This document shows, in pieces, positions 39,425-52,460 of a stretch of DNA of 64,000 nucleotides. Each line of letters begins with the position of its first letter. Position 1 is the stretch's first letter. The notes beneath the pieces are model-generated. The model was not told where the DNA came from and searched no databases. It worked only from the letters and a program-made list of their open reading frames with translations. The stretch is from Mobula hypostoma (Eukaryota): positions 37,946,001 through 38,010,000 of the forward strand of contig NC_086108.1 in assembly GCF_963921235.1 (NCBI RefSeq). Reading direction: 5' to 3'. The position numbers and the translations under genes are program-made.

Positions 39425-40454
39425 AGTCAAGGATCCAATTGCAATAGGAGGCAATGGCACCCAGGATCCTAAGTTTGGTGATGCGTTTGCTTGGCATTGG
39501 AGCATTGAGTGCAGATACACAGGCAATAAACAATAGTCTAAAGTAGGTGTCTTTACTTTCCATGTCTTCCAGAGATGAGTGAAAGGCAAGTGAGATGGTG
39601 TCTGCCGTAGACCTATTTCAGCAGTAGGCAAATGCAGTGGGTCAAATTTGTCTGGAAGGCTAGCATTCATGTATGGAGGTAGGAGATGTAATTGATAAAC
39701 AACAGCTTCACAGGAGGATTGTATTGCAAGCAGAAAGTTGCTTTCAGATTGACCAAGGAGCAGAAACTCTTGGGCCATTCTTAGCTCTGATTTTATTTTC
39801 CTCTTATGAGGAGAGACCAAGTATGTTGCGCCTTTTCTCTGTAAAGTTGAGAGATGCTTACATTGAAATTAACAAAATTCCTGTTTGAGTAATTAAGGAT
39901 TGGGGATTAACCATTGAGACAAGAAGATATTTTTCTGCCAAAAGTATAATAGTTCTTGAAATTCTTTAACTGAAAGGGATGCAGGGGCTCAATATCTGTA
40001 AAGAGTCAAGATTTTTGGATATCAAGCAAATCAAGGCATATGGGATTTATACAGGATGGTGATATGGAAGTAAAAGGTCAGTCATGACCTTATTTGATAG
40101 TAGTCCAAGCATGGGAGACCAAAGGACCTATTATTGCTCTCACTTTCCTTCTGCTATTGCTTCAGATCATTTCCTTTAAAGAAAGAACTAGGTAGGTACT
40201 TGAGAGAAAAGACCAACAATGGACACATCTGTGCTAGATCTGTACAAAACAATAACAGGTCCTCTGGCCCATCACCAATACCAGCTATCAAGTCCATATT
40301 TACACAATCCAACACTATTTCCACTGCTTCAATGCACTGTATATTGATATAATCAGTATGTAAGACAGACTTTTCACTGTACCTTGGTACATGTGACAAC
40401 AATAAACCACTTCCAAGGTTATTCAGTCTGTATTTTCATTAACTTCCCCAAGAT

Positions 40455-40632
40455 TCTACCATACTATCGTCTGTTTTTGGGACGCTGGAGGAAACCAGAC
40501 CACCTAGAGAGAACTCACTCACTCATAGGGGCAACATGAACATTTCACACAGATCGAACCGGAGATCTGAATCAAGCCTGGGTTGATGGAGCTGTGAAGC
40601 AACAGCTCTGCTAGCTGTAGTACCATACTGCT
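40455..40632 (-). mobile_element. V-SINE, decayed
   Basis: ggaggaaaccagaccacctagagagaac is the reverse of the V-domain seen at 28735-28790. Confidence 0.55.
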
Positions 40633-40678
40633 CTGTACAATAACAATTTTATACATCTATTATAAAAAATATATTATA

Positions 40679-40990
40679 GTGGGCATGTGGCCAAGTGGTT
40701 AAGGCATTCAACTAGCGATTTGAAGGTCGTGAGTTCGAGCCCCAGCCGAGGCAATGTGTTGCGTCTTTGAGCAAGGCACTTAATCACACATTGCTCTGCA
40801 ATGACACTGGTGCCAAAGCTGTATGGGTCCTAGTGCCCTTCCCATGGACAATATCAGTGTCGCAGAGAGGGGAGACTTGCAGCATGGGCAACTGCCTGTC
40901 TTCCACACAACCTGGCCCAGGCCTGCGCCCTGGAGTGGGAAGACTTTCCAGGCGCAGATCCATGGTCTCGCAAGACTAACGGATGCCTTT
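40679..40990 (+). mobile_element. tRNA-derived SINE with CORE-like domain
   Basis: A box tggccaagtgg, B box gttcgagcc, and tttgagcaaggcacttaatcac resembling the CORE motif. Probable TSD atctattata.aaatata on both sides. Confidence 0.8.
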
Positions 40991-41174
40991 ATATCTATTA
41001 TACAAATATACAATATATACTGGCCTTACATGCAGTGTCAAACTAGCTGAAATTCAGGCATATACACAATATTCATTTACAAAGTCATTATGCTTTCAAT
41101 ATAATGACTTTTAATTACAAAGCAATATTTTATGTCATACCAATTTTGCTGGAGATAACTTTTTTCCTGTTCCT

Positions 41175-44100
41175 TGTTGTTAGAGGGTTGGGAACCTTTT
41201 AGAAACCAACAGAAGGCAACTAAAACAACCATTAGGAGAGAAAAGATAAAAGATAAGCTAGCCAAAAATTTATCAAAGAGAATGCTTAAAGTTACTGTGT
41301 AGAAACTAGCAGAGAGGCAAGAGTGGATAATGGACCACTGGGAAATGACACAGGAGAGGTAGCAATGGGCACAAAGAACGGGCAGCCAAGCTTAATAAGT
41401 ACGTTGTGTCAATCTTCACTGTGGAATATACTAATAGTATGCCAGAAATTCGAGTGCGTCAGAGGGCAGGAGTGAGTGTCATTGCTATTACTAAGGAGAA
41501 ACATGCTTCTGAACTTGCAAGTTCTGGAGGTAGATAAGTCACCTGGACCAGGTGGAAAACACCCCAGGATTCTGAAAGCAGTAGCTGAAGAGATTGTGGA
41601 GGCATTAGTAGTCATCTTTCAAAACTCACTAGGTTCTGATACGGCTCCTGAGGACTGGAAAATTGCAAATGTCACTCCAAGAAGGGATGGAGGCCGAAGA
41701 AAGGAAATTATAGAGCAGTTAGCCTTACCTCAGTGGTTGGGAAGATGTTGGAGTCCATTATTAAGGATGAGGTTTCAGGGTACTTGGAAGCATATGATAA
41801 AGTAGGCCAAAGTCAGCATGGTTTCCTTAAGGGAAAATCCTGCCTGACAAATCTGTTGGAATTCTCTAAGGAAATAACAGGCAGGATAGACAACAGAGAG
41901 TCAATGGATGTTGTTTATTTGGACTTTCAGAAGGTCTTTAACAAGGTGGCACACATGAGGCTGCTTAACAAGATAAGAGCGCATGGTATTGCAGGAAAAA
42001 TACTCGCATGGATAGAAGGTTGGCTGACTGGCAGGAGGCAAAGCGTTGAATAAAGAGGGCCTTTTCTGATTGGCTGCTGGTTGCGCAAGGATCGGTATTG
42101 GGGTCATTTCTTTTCATGTTATACATCACCAATTTGGATGACGGAATTGGTGATTTTATGACCAAGCTTGCAGACAATACAAAGATAGGTGGAGGGCCAG
42201 GTAGTGTTGAGGAAGCAGGGAGTTTGCAAAAGGACCTGGATTGGGAGAATGGGCAATGAAGTGACATGGAATGAAGTGTAGGGAAGTGTGTGGTTATGCA
42301 CTTTAGTAGAGGGAATGAAAGCATAGATTCTTTTCTAAATGGGGAAAAAATTTTAAAAATCAGAAATGCAAAGGGACTTGGGAGCCTTGTGCAGGCTCCC
42401 CTAAGGTTAAGTTGGTGTTAAGTAAGGCAAATACAATGTTAGCATCCATTTCAAAAAGACTGGAATATAAGAGCAAGGATGTGCTGCTGACTGCACTGGG
42501 AGTATTGTGAGCAGTTTTTGGGCCCCTTATTTAAGAAAAGATGTACTGACATTGGAGAAGGTCTAGATGAGGTTCACAAGAATTATTCTGGAATGAAAGG
42601 GTTAACATATGAGGAGAGTTTTTGGCTCTGGGCCTGTACTTGCTGGAGTTTAGAAGAACGCGGGGATCTCATTGGAACCTATCGAATATTGAAAGGCTTA
42701 GAGACAGTGGATGTGGAGAGAATGTTTCCCATAGTGGGTGAGTCTAAGACCAAAGGAGCAGCTTCAGAATAGAGGGACATCCATTTAGAATAGAGATGAG
42801 AAGCAAATAGAGAGGTGAATCTGTGAAATTCATTGCCACGGACAGTTGTGCAGGAAAGGTCATTGAGTATATTTAAAGCAGAGGATAGTCAAGGCATCAA
42901 AGGTGACAAGGGGAAGGCAGGAAAATGGGATTGAGATGAATAATAAGTCAACCATGATGGAGTGGCAGAGCAGACCCAATGAGTCAAGCGGCCCAATTCT
43001 GCTCCTATGTCTTATGGTCTTATCTTTGCGACAGACAGCTATGGAGACTAAGTCATTGGGTATAGTTAAAGCAGAAACTGATAGGTTTCTGATTAGTAGT
43101 GTGTCTACTGCACAGAGTCTTGTCATCTTCAGAAGTTTTCGGATGACTCTGCCATAGTCGGATGCATCAGTAAGGAAGGTGAGGTTGAGTACAGGGCTAC
43201 GGTAGGAAACTTTGTCACATGGTATGAGCAGAATTATCTGCAGCTTAATGTGAAAAAGACTAAGGAGCTGGTGGTAGACCTGAGGAAAGCTAAGGTACTG
43301 GTGACCCCTGTTTCCATCCAGGGGGTCAGTGTGGACATGGTGGAGGATTACAAATACCTGGGGATACGAATTGACAATAAACTGGACTGGTCAAAGAACA
43401 CTGAGGCTGTCTACAAGAAGGGTCAGAGCCGTCTCTATTTCCTGAGGAGACTGAGGTCCTTTAACATCTGCCGGACGATGCTGAAGATGTTCTACGAGTC
43501 TGTGGTGGCCAGTGCTATCATGTTTGCTGTTGTGTGCTGGGGCAGCAGGCTGAGGCCAGTGATGTTGTGGGGATGGAACTGGACTCTCTCACGGTGGTGT
43601 CTGAAAAGAGGATGCTGTCTAAGTTGCATGCCATTTTGGTCAATGTCTCCCATCCACTACATAATGTACTGGGTGGGCACAGGAGTACATTCAGCCAGAG
43701 ACTCATTCCTCCGAAATGCAGCACAGAGCGTCATAGGAAGTCATTCCTGCCTGTGGCCATCAAACTTTACAACTCCTCCCTTGGATGGTCAGACACCCTG
43801 AGCCAATAGGCTGGTCCTGGACTTACTTCATAATTTACTGGCACAATTTACATATTACTATTTAACTATTTATGGTTCTATTACTATTTATTATTTATGG
43901 TGCAACTGTAACGAAAACCAATTTCCCCCGGGATCAATAAAGTATGACTATGACTATGACTCTGACTCTGTGTCAAAGGTTATGGGGAGAAGGCAGGAGA
44001 TCGGGCTTGAGAGAGAAAATAAATCAGCCATAATCGAATGGCAGAGTAGACTTGAAAGAGCAGAATTAGAACATTCTGTCCAATATCCTGTGGTCTTATC
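41175..44100 (+). mobile_element. CR1-clade LINE of a second family, decayed, with a repeated 3' end
   Basis: DKSPGPGG.HPRILK, PEDWKIANVTP, QHGFLKGKSCLTNLLEF and VYLDFQK. One 3' UTR ends near 43022; a second 3'-end copy (about 43030-44100) is split by a Rex1 insertion. Confidence 0.85.
43106..43968 (+). mobile_element. Young Rex1-type LINE, 5'-truncated
   Basis: KFSDDS...KTKELVVD...YKYLGIRIDNKLDWSKNTEAVYKKGQSRLYFLRRLRSFN; (tatgac)n tail; 6-bp TSD tgtgtc at 43100-43105 and 43969-43974. Confidence 0.92.
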
Positions 44101-44114
44101 TTGCAGGAACTCAA

Positions 44115-44308
44115 AGTTGAGGTGGTAAATGCGAATTCTTTTTTAACATTTGAGAATAAATTGGACAGATACATGGATGGGAGGTGTATGGAGGGATATG
44201 GTCCGTGTGCAGGTCAGTGGGACTAGGCAGAAAATGGTTCGGCACAGCCAAGAAGGGCCCAAAGGCCTGTTTCTGTGCTGTAGTTTCTATGGTTTCTATG
44301 GTTTCTAT
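44115..44308 (+). mobile_element. Short CR1 3'-end fragment
   Basis: ttggacagatacatggatgg...ggcctgtttctgtgctgta with a (gtttctatg)n tail. Confidence 0.7.
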
Positions 44309-44996
44309 AAGCAGGAGCCTCAGTGGTAGAGGGAACCGGAACTGTAAACTACTGTTCCCTCTAAGCTGCGCAAGTGAGTAGCCATGCAGTAACTGAAATG
44401 CTCCCGTGCACGTTGCGTTTGTTGCTGTGTTGCTGGAATTTTCTTTTATAAAATATTTTATTAAAGTGCCACACAGTTTTCAGGCTGTATAATAATTTCC
44501 TGGGCAAAGCAATCGTTTGTCCATGCCTCTGTAAAACAAATTAGAGTTGCTATGAACGTGTCTTTCATTATTGTTGGATAGATCAGTGGGATTCCAAAGA
44601 GTTATCTCAGAATACTACCTTAAATTATTTGACTGTAGAACTTACAGTTTTGATTTTATTACAAATCTCACACTGTTGTTTGTAGATACATAATATTTAG
44701 AAAGGTTTCACTGGTACTGGGCCCCACAGTATAGACCAAGTACAGAGGATACAAGGCATCAGGGAAAGTAAAAAAAAGTTACTTTGTAAAGGAGGCAATC
44801 ACAACAGCTTGATTCAGGCATTGATCATGTACAGAAGGAGGTTATTGAAAATCACGTCTACATGGTGCTCCGTAATGTAGTGATGACAGAAGCTTAGTTT
44901 TTTACCATGTAGTTTCTGTTTGTTTGAACAAGAGTGCAGAGCATTTGAAGGGTGAACAATCTGACCATGGCAAGAAGTGGACAAAAATCTCAAAAA

Positions 44997-46041
44997 TCTC
45001 AAACGCATCTCCCCCATTTCACGCACATCTGCTCTCACTCCATCCTCCCGCCACCCCACTAGGAATAGGGTTCCCCTGGTCCTCACCTACCACCCCACCA
45101 GACTCCAGGTCCAACATATTATTCTCCGTAACTTCCGCCACCTCCAACGGGATCCCATCACTAAGCACATCTTTCCCTCCCCCCCTCTCTCTGCATTCCG
45201 CAGGGATCGCTCCCTACTGATCTCCCTCCTGGCACTTATCCTTGTAAGCGGAACAAGTGCTACACATGCCCTTACACTTCCTCCCTTACCACCATTCAGG
45301 GCCCCAGACAGTCCTTCCAGGTGAGGTGACACTTCACCTGTGAGTCGGCTGGGGTGATATACTGCGTCCGGTGCTCCCGATGTGGCCTTTTATATATTGG
45401 CGAGACCCGACGCAGACTGGGAGACCGCTTTGCTGAACACCTACGCTCTGTCTGCCAGAGAAAGCAGGATCTTCCAGTGGCCACACATTTTAATTCCACA
45501 TCCCATTCCCATTCTGACATGTCTATCCACGGCCTCCTCTACTGTAAAGATGAAGCCACAATCAGGTTGGAGGAACAACACCTTATATTCTGTCTGGGTA
45601 GCCTCCAACCTGATGGCATGAACATCGACTTCTCTAACTTCCGCTAATGCCCCACCTCCCCCTCGTACCCCATCCATTATTTATTTTTATACACACATTC
45701 TTTCTCTCACTCTCCTTTTTCTCCCTCTGTTCCTCTGACTATACACCTTGCCCATCCTCTGGGTTCCCCCCCGCCGCTTGTCTTTCTCCCCGGACCTCCT
45801 GACCCATGATCCTCGCATATCCCCTTTGCCAATCACCTGTCCAGCTCTTGGCTCCATCCCTCCCCCTCTTGTCTTCTCCTATCATTTTGGATCTCCCCCT
45901 CCCCCTCACACTTTCAAATCTCTTACTAACTCTTCCTTCAGTTAGTCCTGACGAAGGGTCTCGGCCTGAAACGTTGACTGTACCTCTTCCTAGAGATGCT
46001 GCCTGGCCTGCTGCGTTCACCAGCAACTTTGATGTGTGTTG
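44997..46041 (+). mobile_element. Penelope-like element, heavily 5'-truncated (GIY-YIG region and pLTR)
   Basis: Same family as 31066-33253. TSD caaaaatct at 46042-46050 and twice at the left end (44982-44999). Confidence 0.95.
45943..45980 (+). ncRNA. Minimal hammerhead ribozyme with a GUU triplet
   Basis: Same motif as the other copies with GTC changed to GTT; core boxes intact. Confidence 0.75.
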
Positions 46042-47811
46042 CAAAAATCTTTATGAAATTGGTATTGCTAAAAGGATGGTGCTGTCAGAGGAATAGATAC
46101 TATTCATAGAACCTCATTTAGAAATCCAGAAGTGTGTTGTATGTACTGTGCCAGAATCACAGACCTCATTTCGAAGTGAGAGAGGAAGTTAGGGAGAGAA
46201 GATATGGTTGTCACATGCCTATACAAACAACAACATTAACAGAGTTAGAAAAAATTCTACTATGAGTTGCTGAGAAGCTAGAGACAAAAACAGTACTGGT
46301 TATCTGAGTACATGTAGTTTAACCAAATCAAAATTGAAATCCTTGTTTCAAAGAATGATGTGGGGGAAGGATTTTGATTCATAGGGTATGATCACCAGAT
46401 CAAGGGAAAGGATCTTTTTAACCCAGCAGGTTTTACTTAAGATGTTCTCGAGCTGTAATTGAGATTTTAAACAAACAAAATCAGCAGGGTTAAATGAGGG
46501 GAAAATACAGAAATCCAAGGAGAAAAACATAAAGCGAAAAGAACAGTTTGGATAGTGGAAAGCAAAGTGTAACAGGAAGGGATGGAAATTAGTGGTCACG
46601 ATTTATTAGTTAATATGCCCAAATCAAGAAAAATGGTAGAAGTTAAAAGGATACAATATCCGAATGTGCAAAATAATATTCCAGTTGCACAAATGGTGTC
46701 AAGTGGGAAAGCAAGAAACAGAACTGCATTTGCTAGAATCTAAAATAAAAACTGGAAATATTAGAAAGATTCATCCAGAACTGTTAGGATCTATGGAGAC
46801 AGAAATTCTTAGCATGTTCAATAGATGAAAGATCATTGACCTGCAAAGTTCACAGGTCCTTCGCAGCATACAAATGAGCATCTGGGAGACTAGTGAGATG
46901 GATTTGCTGGCTGTCGTGCATCTGGAGGTATCTTCTGTCATGTTGGAACTTGGCTCACATTTACATTTCCAACATGTGGGCCATTTGGGTTACCAACAGT
47001 TCACAGGAACAGAATCTTACTGTAACCTGGGGATGCTCTATACTATGTTTCTCCTTCTACCAATGGTATCTGGCCTGCTGAATATCCCCCAGCATTTTCA
47101 ATTATTCAATTTTTATTTTACAATGTAAGCAGTTTCCACTGGGACCACATTATACTATTAGAGATAAAGAAGGTAATAGAGATAATTGAGATAATGATCA
47201 AATATGCAATTTAAAGACATTACTTGGTTTCCAAAATTGTAAACTAATTAGTTAGAAATTATTGACAAGTGGGGCTAGGATGGCTTTGGGGATAAAGAAC
47301 AATGCAATGTCCATAATAACATTGTAACACCGTTGCTATATTTTTGTCTTAAAAAGTTTGAAGAAAATATTGTTCTTTTGCATCAAAAAGTAATTAATGT
47401 ACTCACCAAGCTGCACAATTAATATCTCCTACAAGTTGATAATTTGACTCGGAAATTTTCTCAACAATAGACTTTTTAGCTTAAACGATGTTTGTACAAG
47501 TTTCAATGTTTACTCTATGGTGATGGACTAGTTTCTGTTAGTCATCACTAAATGATTGCCAATGTTTCAATATAATTCTGAACAATATTCCATTAAATAT
47601 TTTGTACAATGTTTGAACAAACATTTAACTTTTGTCAACTGGCATAACTTCATTAGAATAGGACATTACTTCCTTTTTTTATAATTAACATCAGGCCTAC
47701 TATTAAATAATGAATAGCTGAAAACACTACCATATTTCATTGTAAAGGGAAGGATTGCAATTCGACACAGTCAATTCTATGGTTGAATTAATTTCAAAAA
47801 CTATTAGTAAG

Positions 47812-47879
47812 ATTTGCTAAACATAAATTGTGTGTAACTGATAAAATTTGCTATACACAAATTGTGTGTAACTGATAAA
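47812..47879. repeat. 34-bp tandem duplication (2 copies, 2 mismatches)
   Basis: atttgcta(a/t)aca(t/c)aaattgtgtgtaactgataaa twice. Confidence 0.9.
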
Positions 47880-49479
47880 ATCACATTGTAGTGACCATAA
47901 AACCATGGTGGTGAAGTCCATTTGATCATAAGGTACATTTTATCATAGTGAAAGGCTATAGTTGAATGGTTACTTATGTTGGTCAGCTCTAGAGATATTC
48001 TTTAGGACATGCACACAATACCAGTTGGTAGACAACCTGTGTAGAAAAGTGTAAGATGAGGGGAGATTCACCACTAAATTGCAAGACTTTGATTTCCTTT
48101 CATTGTAATGTTCATTTGTATTGAATCCAGGTCAATGCACCCAGATATTTTGTCCTTCAGATATTCCTTAAAAAAATTATACCTGCAGCACCTGTGTGCA
48201 TGGCAGATAGGCTGTTATTCTGTAGGCATCTGGTGAAATAATAAGTTAAATGTCCCTACATTGCCAACATGGTCATTTATCTTGGATGATCAATGCACTA
48301 CCAGCTCCATCTCTGTTCCATTTTCTGCTCGAGGTCCTGACATTTTCCTTCTATTCGGCTTTGCCCCTATCTGAAGGAATACACAGAATGGAGCCTCAGT
48401 GACACAGTGAATCACAGCTGGGGAGAATTCACCCACCTTTCTTAAGCAAAGCACCAGGAATTCGAAGTGAGCTACTGATACTTCCAATCAGTAATAAAGG
48501 TTCCATAGTATACTAACGTTGGATGATTTTAGATGAGGGCCAGACTAGCAACATGAGTCACACCAAAGAGCCATTTCCACAAAATCACTCCAAGCCTACT
48601 ATGTGGTTAATAGTTAATGTTGTTGTCATTACACTTGAACTTGCATACTCTACTGATAAATTATTGGCTTTCTGCAATTACAAAAGGATATTTTTGTCCT
48701 GAATCTGTGCCAAGTCAGGCTTGGTACGATTTCAGCAATTCCATTAACTTCAATGGAGGAAGTTTGCTAAGTTTCAGGTAAATTACATCCTTCAAGTCAA
48801 TTCAGTTAACTTTAAATACACTTAATTAGGTAATTATTATTTTCTATCTTTGACAGCCAGTAAGCCACTAGGCCAACAAAATGGCAATGTATTTCAACAG
48901 GTATAATCTCCATGTTTATATTGCATAATACAAACTTAAAGGCTGCTTTGTAAAAACTAATGCTTGTGCAATCAACAATGAAGTCTTTTGAAACACACTG
49001 CAGTGGGTGAAATTCATTTATTTAGGAAAAACCCAACCTTTCTCTGATTATCAATTCCCTCGAATTCAGAGTCATTTTCACTTATCCACCAGCTTCAGCC
49101 ATTTTTTTATTTGATTCCAACTCAATTGGAAAGCCAGAGTTTTATTGTTTGTGTGCTAATAGACAAAAGTAAATTGTCATCCTCCACTTCAGCCAGTGAA
49201 GCATTGCACGTGGCTTGTATGAACAGTCTAATGCTATAACCTAACTAGCAGTAAGGCAGAGGGATTGAGAACCAGCAATCACAGATGAGGCAGAGTCATA
49301 AAATTCTAGAGGTAGGATATGATGAAGTTTTTTTTATATACTTGGGACAGTGCATCTTTGGAATTATCTACCAAGAGGCCTGCAGATACAGTCACTGGTT
49401 ACATTCAAGGGAGGTCTACAGATAATCAAACAGTAAAAAGATAAAAGAATGCAGTTTGTGCAGAAAAATTGCACTCAGT

Positions 49480-50082
49480 AAAAAATGGTGATGGACTTTA
49501 GGAAGACCAAGCCTGCACTGCTCCCTGTTACTATTGATGGTGTGAATGTGGTGAGGACTTACAAGTATTTGGGGTGCACCTGGATGACAGACTTGAGGGG
49601 AGCACCAACCCAGAGGCTGTGTATAAGAAGGGCCAGGGTCTCACCTACTTGCTGAGAATACTGAGGTCCTTTGGAGTATGCAGGCCTCTCTTTCACATGT
49701 TCTACCAGTCTGTTGTCGCTAGTACAATCTTCTATGCGGTGGTGTGCTGGGACAATGGCATCAACACAGGTGATGCCAACAGGCTCAATAAACTGATTAG
49801 AAAGGCTGACTCTGCTATAGCAGCCAAACCGGACACACTGGAAGCTGTGGTATAACAAACGACCTTACGGAAAACCTTGGCAATTCTGGACAATGTTTCT
49901 CACCCTCTTCATGCCACGTTGGCTGAACAGAGGAGCACTTTTAGTAATAGACCCTCCTGTTAGACTGTTTGAGGTAACTTATTTGTTATTCTTCCTTACT
50001 TCTCTTTGTATATCTGTGCACTTGTAATGCTGCTTTCACACTGTAATTTCCTTTGGGATCAGTAAAGTATCTATCTATCAAT
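49480..50082 (+). mobile_element. Rex1-type LINE 3' fragment
   Basis: YKYLGVHLDDRLE...AVYKKGQ...FYQSVVASTIFYAVVCW; (tatc)n tail. Confidence 0.85.
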
Positions 50083-52460
50083 CAGCCTTGATTATACTGG
50101 ATAGTGAAACAGAAATGAGAGTGAATGGCTTTACTTTCATTTCTAATGTTATTACATTGGCAACTTGCTGCCAACCGAGGCAAGGCTAGAGAAATCTGTT
50201 CTTCAATTCTTATTTTTTTTTACTCAGTTTTCTAAAGCTACAAAATAAAATAAGGTTTGCTGCATTTAACAAGAATTTTAACTCATTCTCCAAACTTGCA
50301 CTTAGTTTGTCTACACCGTGTATAATCTATTAGGATCATACTATGCATCAATACATCTACTTAAAACCTTTGGCAATCTGTATTAAAGATCATAGGGTGA
50401 CAAATAACTTGTGCTCAGCCGTTGACCTCCTCAGTTTTAAATTTCAGATCTAGTGTGGAAAGCATATACAGAATTATGAATGCATGTTTAGCACCAGAAA
50501 TCAGGAGTGATTTCTCATTGTCTTTCTCATACTTCCCATAATGAGGAAAGCAACAGAGCAGACTCTGGCACAGAGTCTGGTCCTGTGGCTCAGAAGGGTA
50601 AGGAAAGGAAGAAGGCAGCAGTAAGAGGGGACTCTATAGTTAGGGAGACAGACGGGTGATTCTGTGGACGCAGGAAAGAAACGCGGATGGTAGCTTACCT
50701 CCCAGGTGCCAGGGTCCAGGATGTTTCTGATCGTGTTCACGATATCCTGAAGTGCGAAAGAGAACAGCCAGAGGTCGTGGTACATATTGGTACCAACAAC
50801 ACAGGTAGGAAAAGGGAGGAGGTCCTGAAAAAAGACTACAGGGAGTTTGGAAGGAAGTTGAGAAGCAGGACCTCAAAGGTAGTAATCTTGGGATTACTGT
50901 CTGTGCCACATGACAGTGAGTATAGGAATTGAGTGAGGTGGAGGATAAATGCGTAGCTGAGGGATTGAAGCAGGGGGCAGGGATTCAGTTTTCTGGATCA
51001 TTGGGACCACTTTTGGGGCAGGTGTAACCTGTACAAAAAGGATGAGTTGCACTTGAATCCCAGGGGGACCAATATCTTGGCAGGGAGGTTTGCTAAGGCT
51101 ACTGGGGAGAGTTTAAGCCAGAATTGTTGGGGGGTGGGAACCGAACTGAAGAGACAGAGGAAGGGGCTGTTGGCTTACAAATAGAGAAAGCTTGGAGACA
51201 GTGCAAGAGGGAGGATAGGCAGGCAATCGAAAAGGGACGCGCTCAGACAGATGGTTTGAGATGTGTCTATTTTAATGCAAGAAGGATCATGACAAAGCTG
51301 ACGAGCTTAGAGCATGGATCAATACTTTGAGCTATGACGTTGTGGCCATTACGGAGACTTGGATGGCTCAAGGGCAGGAATGGTTACTTAGAGTGCTGGT
51401 CTATAGATGTTTCAGGAAGGACAGGGAGGGAGGCAAAAGAGGTGGGGGCATGGCACTGCTGATCAGAGATAGTGTCACAGCTGCAGAAATGAGCAAGTTA
51501 TGGAGGGATTGTTTACTGAGTCTCTGTGGGTGGAAGTTAGAAACAGGAAGCGGTCAATAACTCTACTGGGTGTTCTTTATAGACCACCCAATAGTAACAG
51601 GGACATAGAGGAGCAGATAGGAAGACAGATTCTGGAAAGGTGTGATAATAACAGAGTTGTCCTGGTGGGAGATTTTAATTTCCCAAATATTGATTGGCAT
51701 CCTGACACAATATATAGATAAGGTTACAAGAGGAGAGGCTGTACTTGATGTGGCATTGGGAAATTAACCTGGTCAGGTGTCAGGTCTCCCAGTGGGAGAG
51801 AATTTTGGAGATAATGATCACAATTCTATCTCCTTTACGATAGCACTGGAGAGGGATAGGAACTGACAAGTTAGGAAAGCGTTTAATTGGAGTAAGGGGA
51901 AATATAAAGCTATCAGGTAGAACTTGGAAGCATAAATTGGGTACAGATGTTCTCAGGGAAATGTACGGCAGAAATATGGCAAATATTCAGGGGATATTTG
52001 TGTGACTTTCTGCATAGGTACATTCCACTGAGATAGGAAAAGGATGGTAGGGTACAGGAACCATGGTGTACAAAGGCTGTTGAAAATCTAGTCAAAGAAG
52101 AAAAGACAAGCTTACGAAAGGTTCAAAAAACTAGGCAATAAAAGAGATCTAGAAGAGTATAAGGCTAGCAGGAAGGAGCTTAAGAATGAAATTAGGTGAT
52201 CCAGGAGGGGCCATGGGAAGGCCTTGGTGAGCAGGATTAAGGAAAGCCCCAAGGTATTCTACAAGTATGTGAAGAGCAAGAGGATAAGATGTGAGAGAAT
52301 GGGACCAATCAAGTGTGACAGTAGAAATGTGTGCATGGAACATGAGGAGATAGCCGAGACACTTACTGAATACTTTGCTTTCAGTATTCACTATGAAAAA
52401 GGATCTAGGTGATTGTAGGGTTGACTTACAGTAGATTGAAAAGCTTGAGCATATAGACAT

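Larger units (their letters stand above)
38185..39690 (-). mobile_element. Rex1/Babar-type LINE fragment carrying two nested insertions
   Basis: FLYTHNC...KFSDDTTV...LSVNKAKKQVIDFR...AKEAYQPLYF. The sequence is continuous once the solo LTR and the hairpin element are removed. Confidence 0.75.

Noticed and set aside
40679..40752. tRNA gene
   Set aside because: A and B boxes are present, but there is no clean acceptor stem or poly-T terminator, and the sequence continues into a SINE body.
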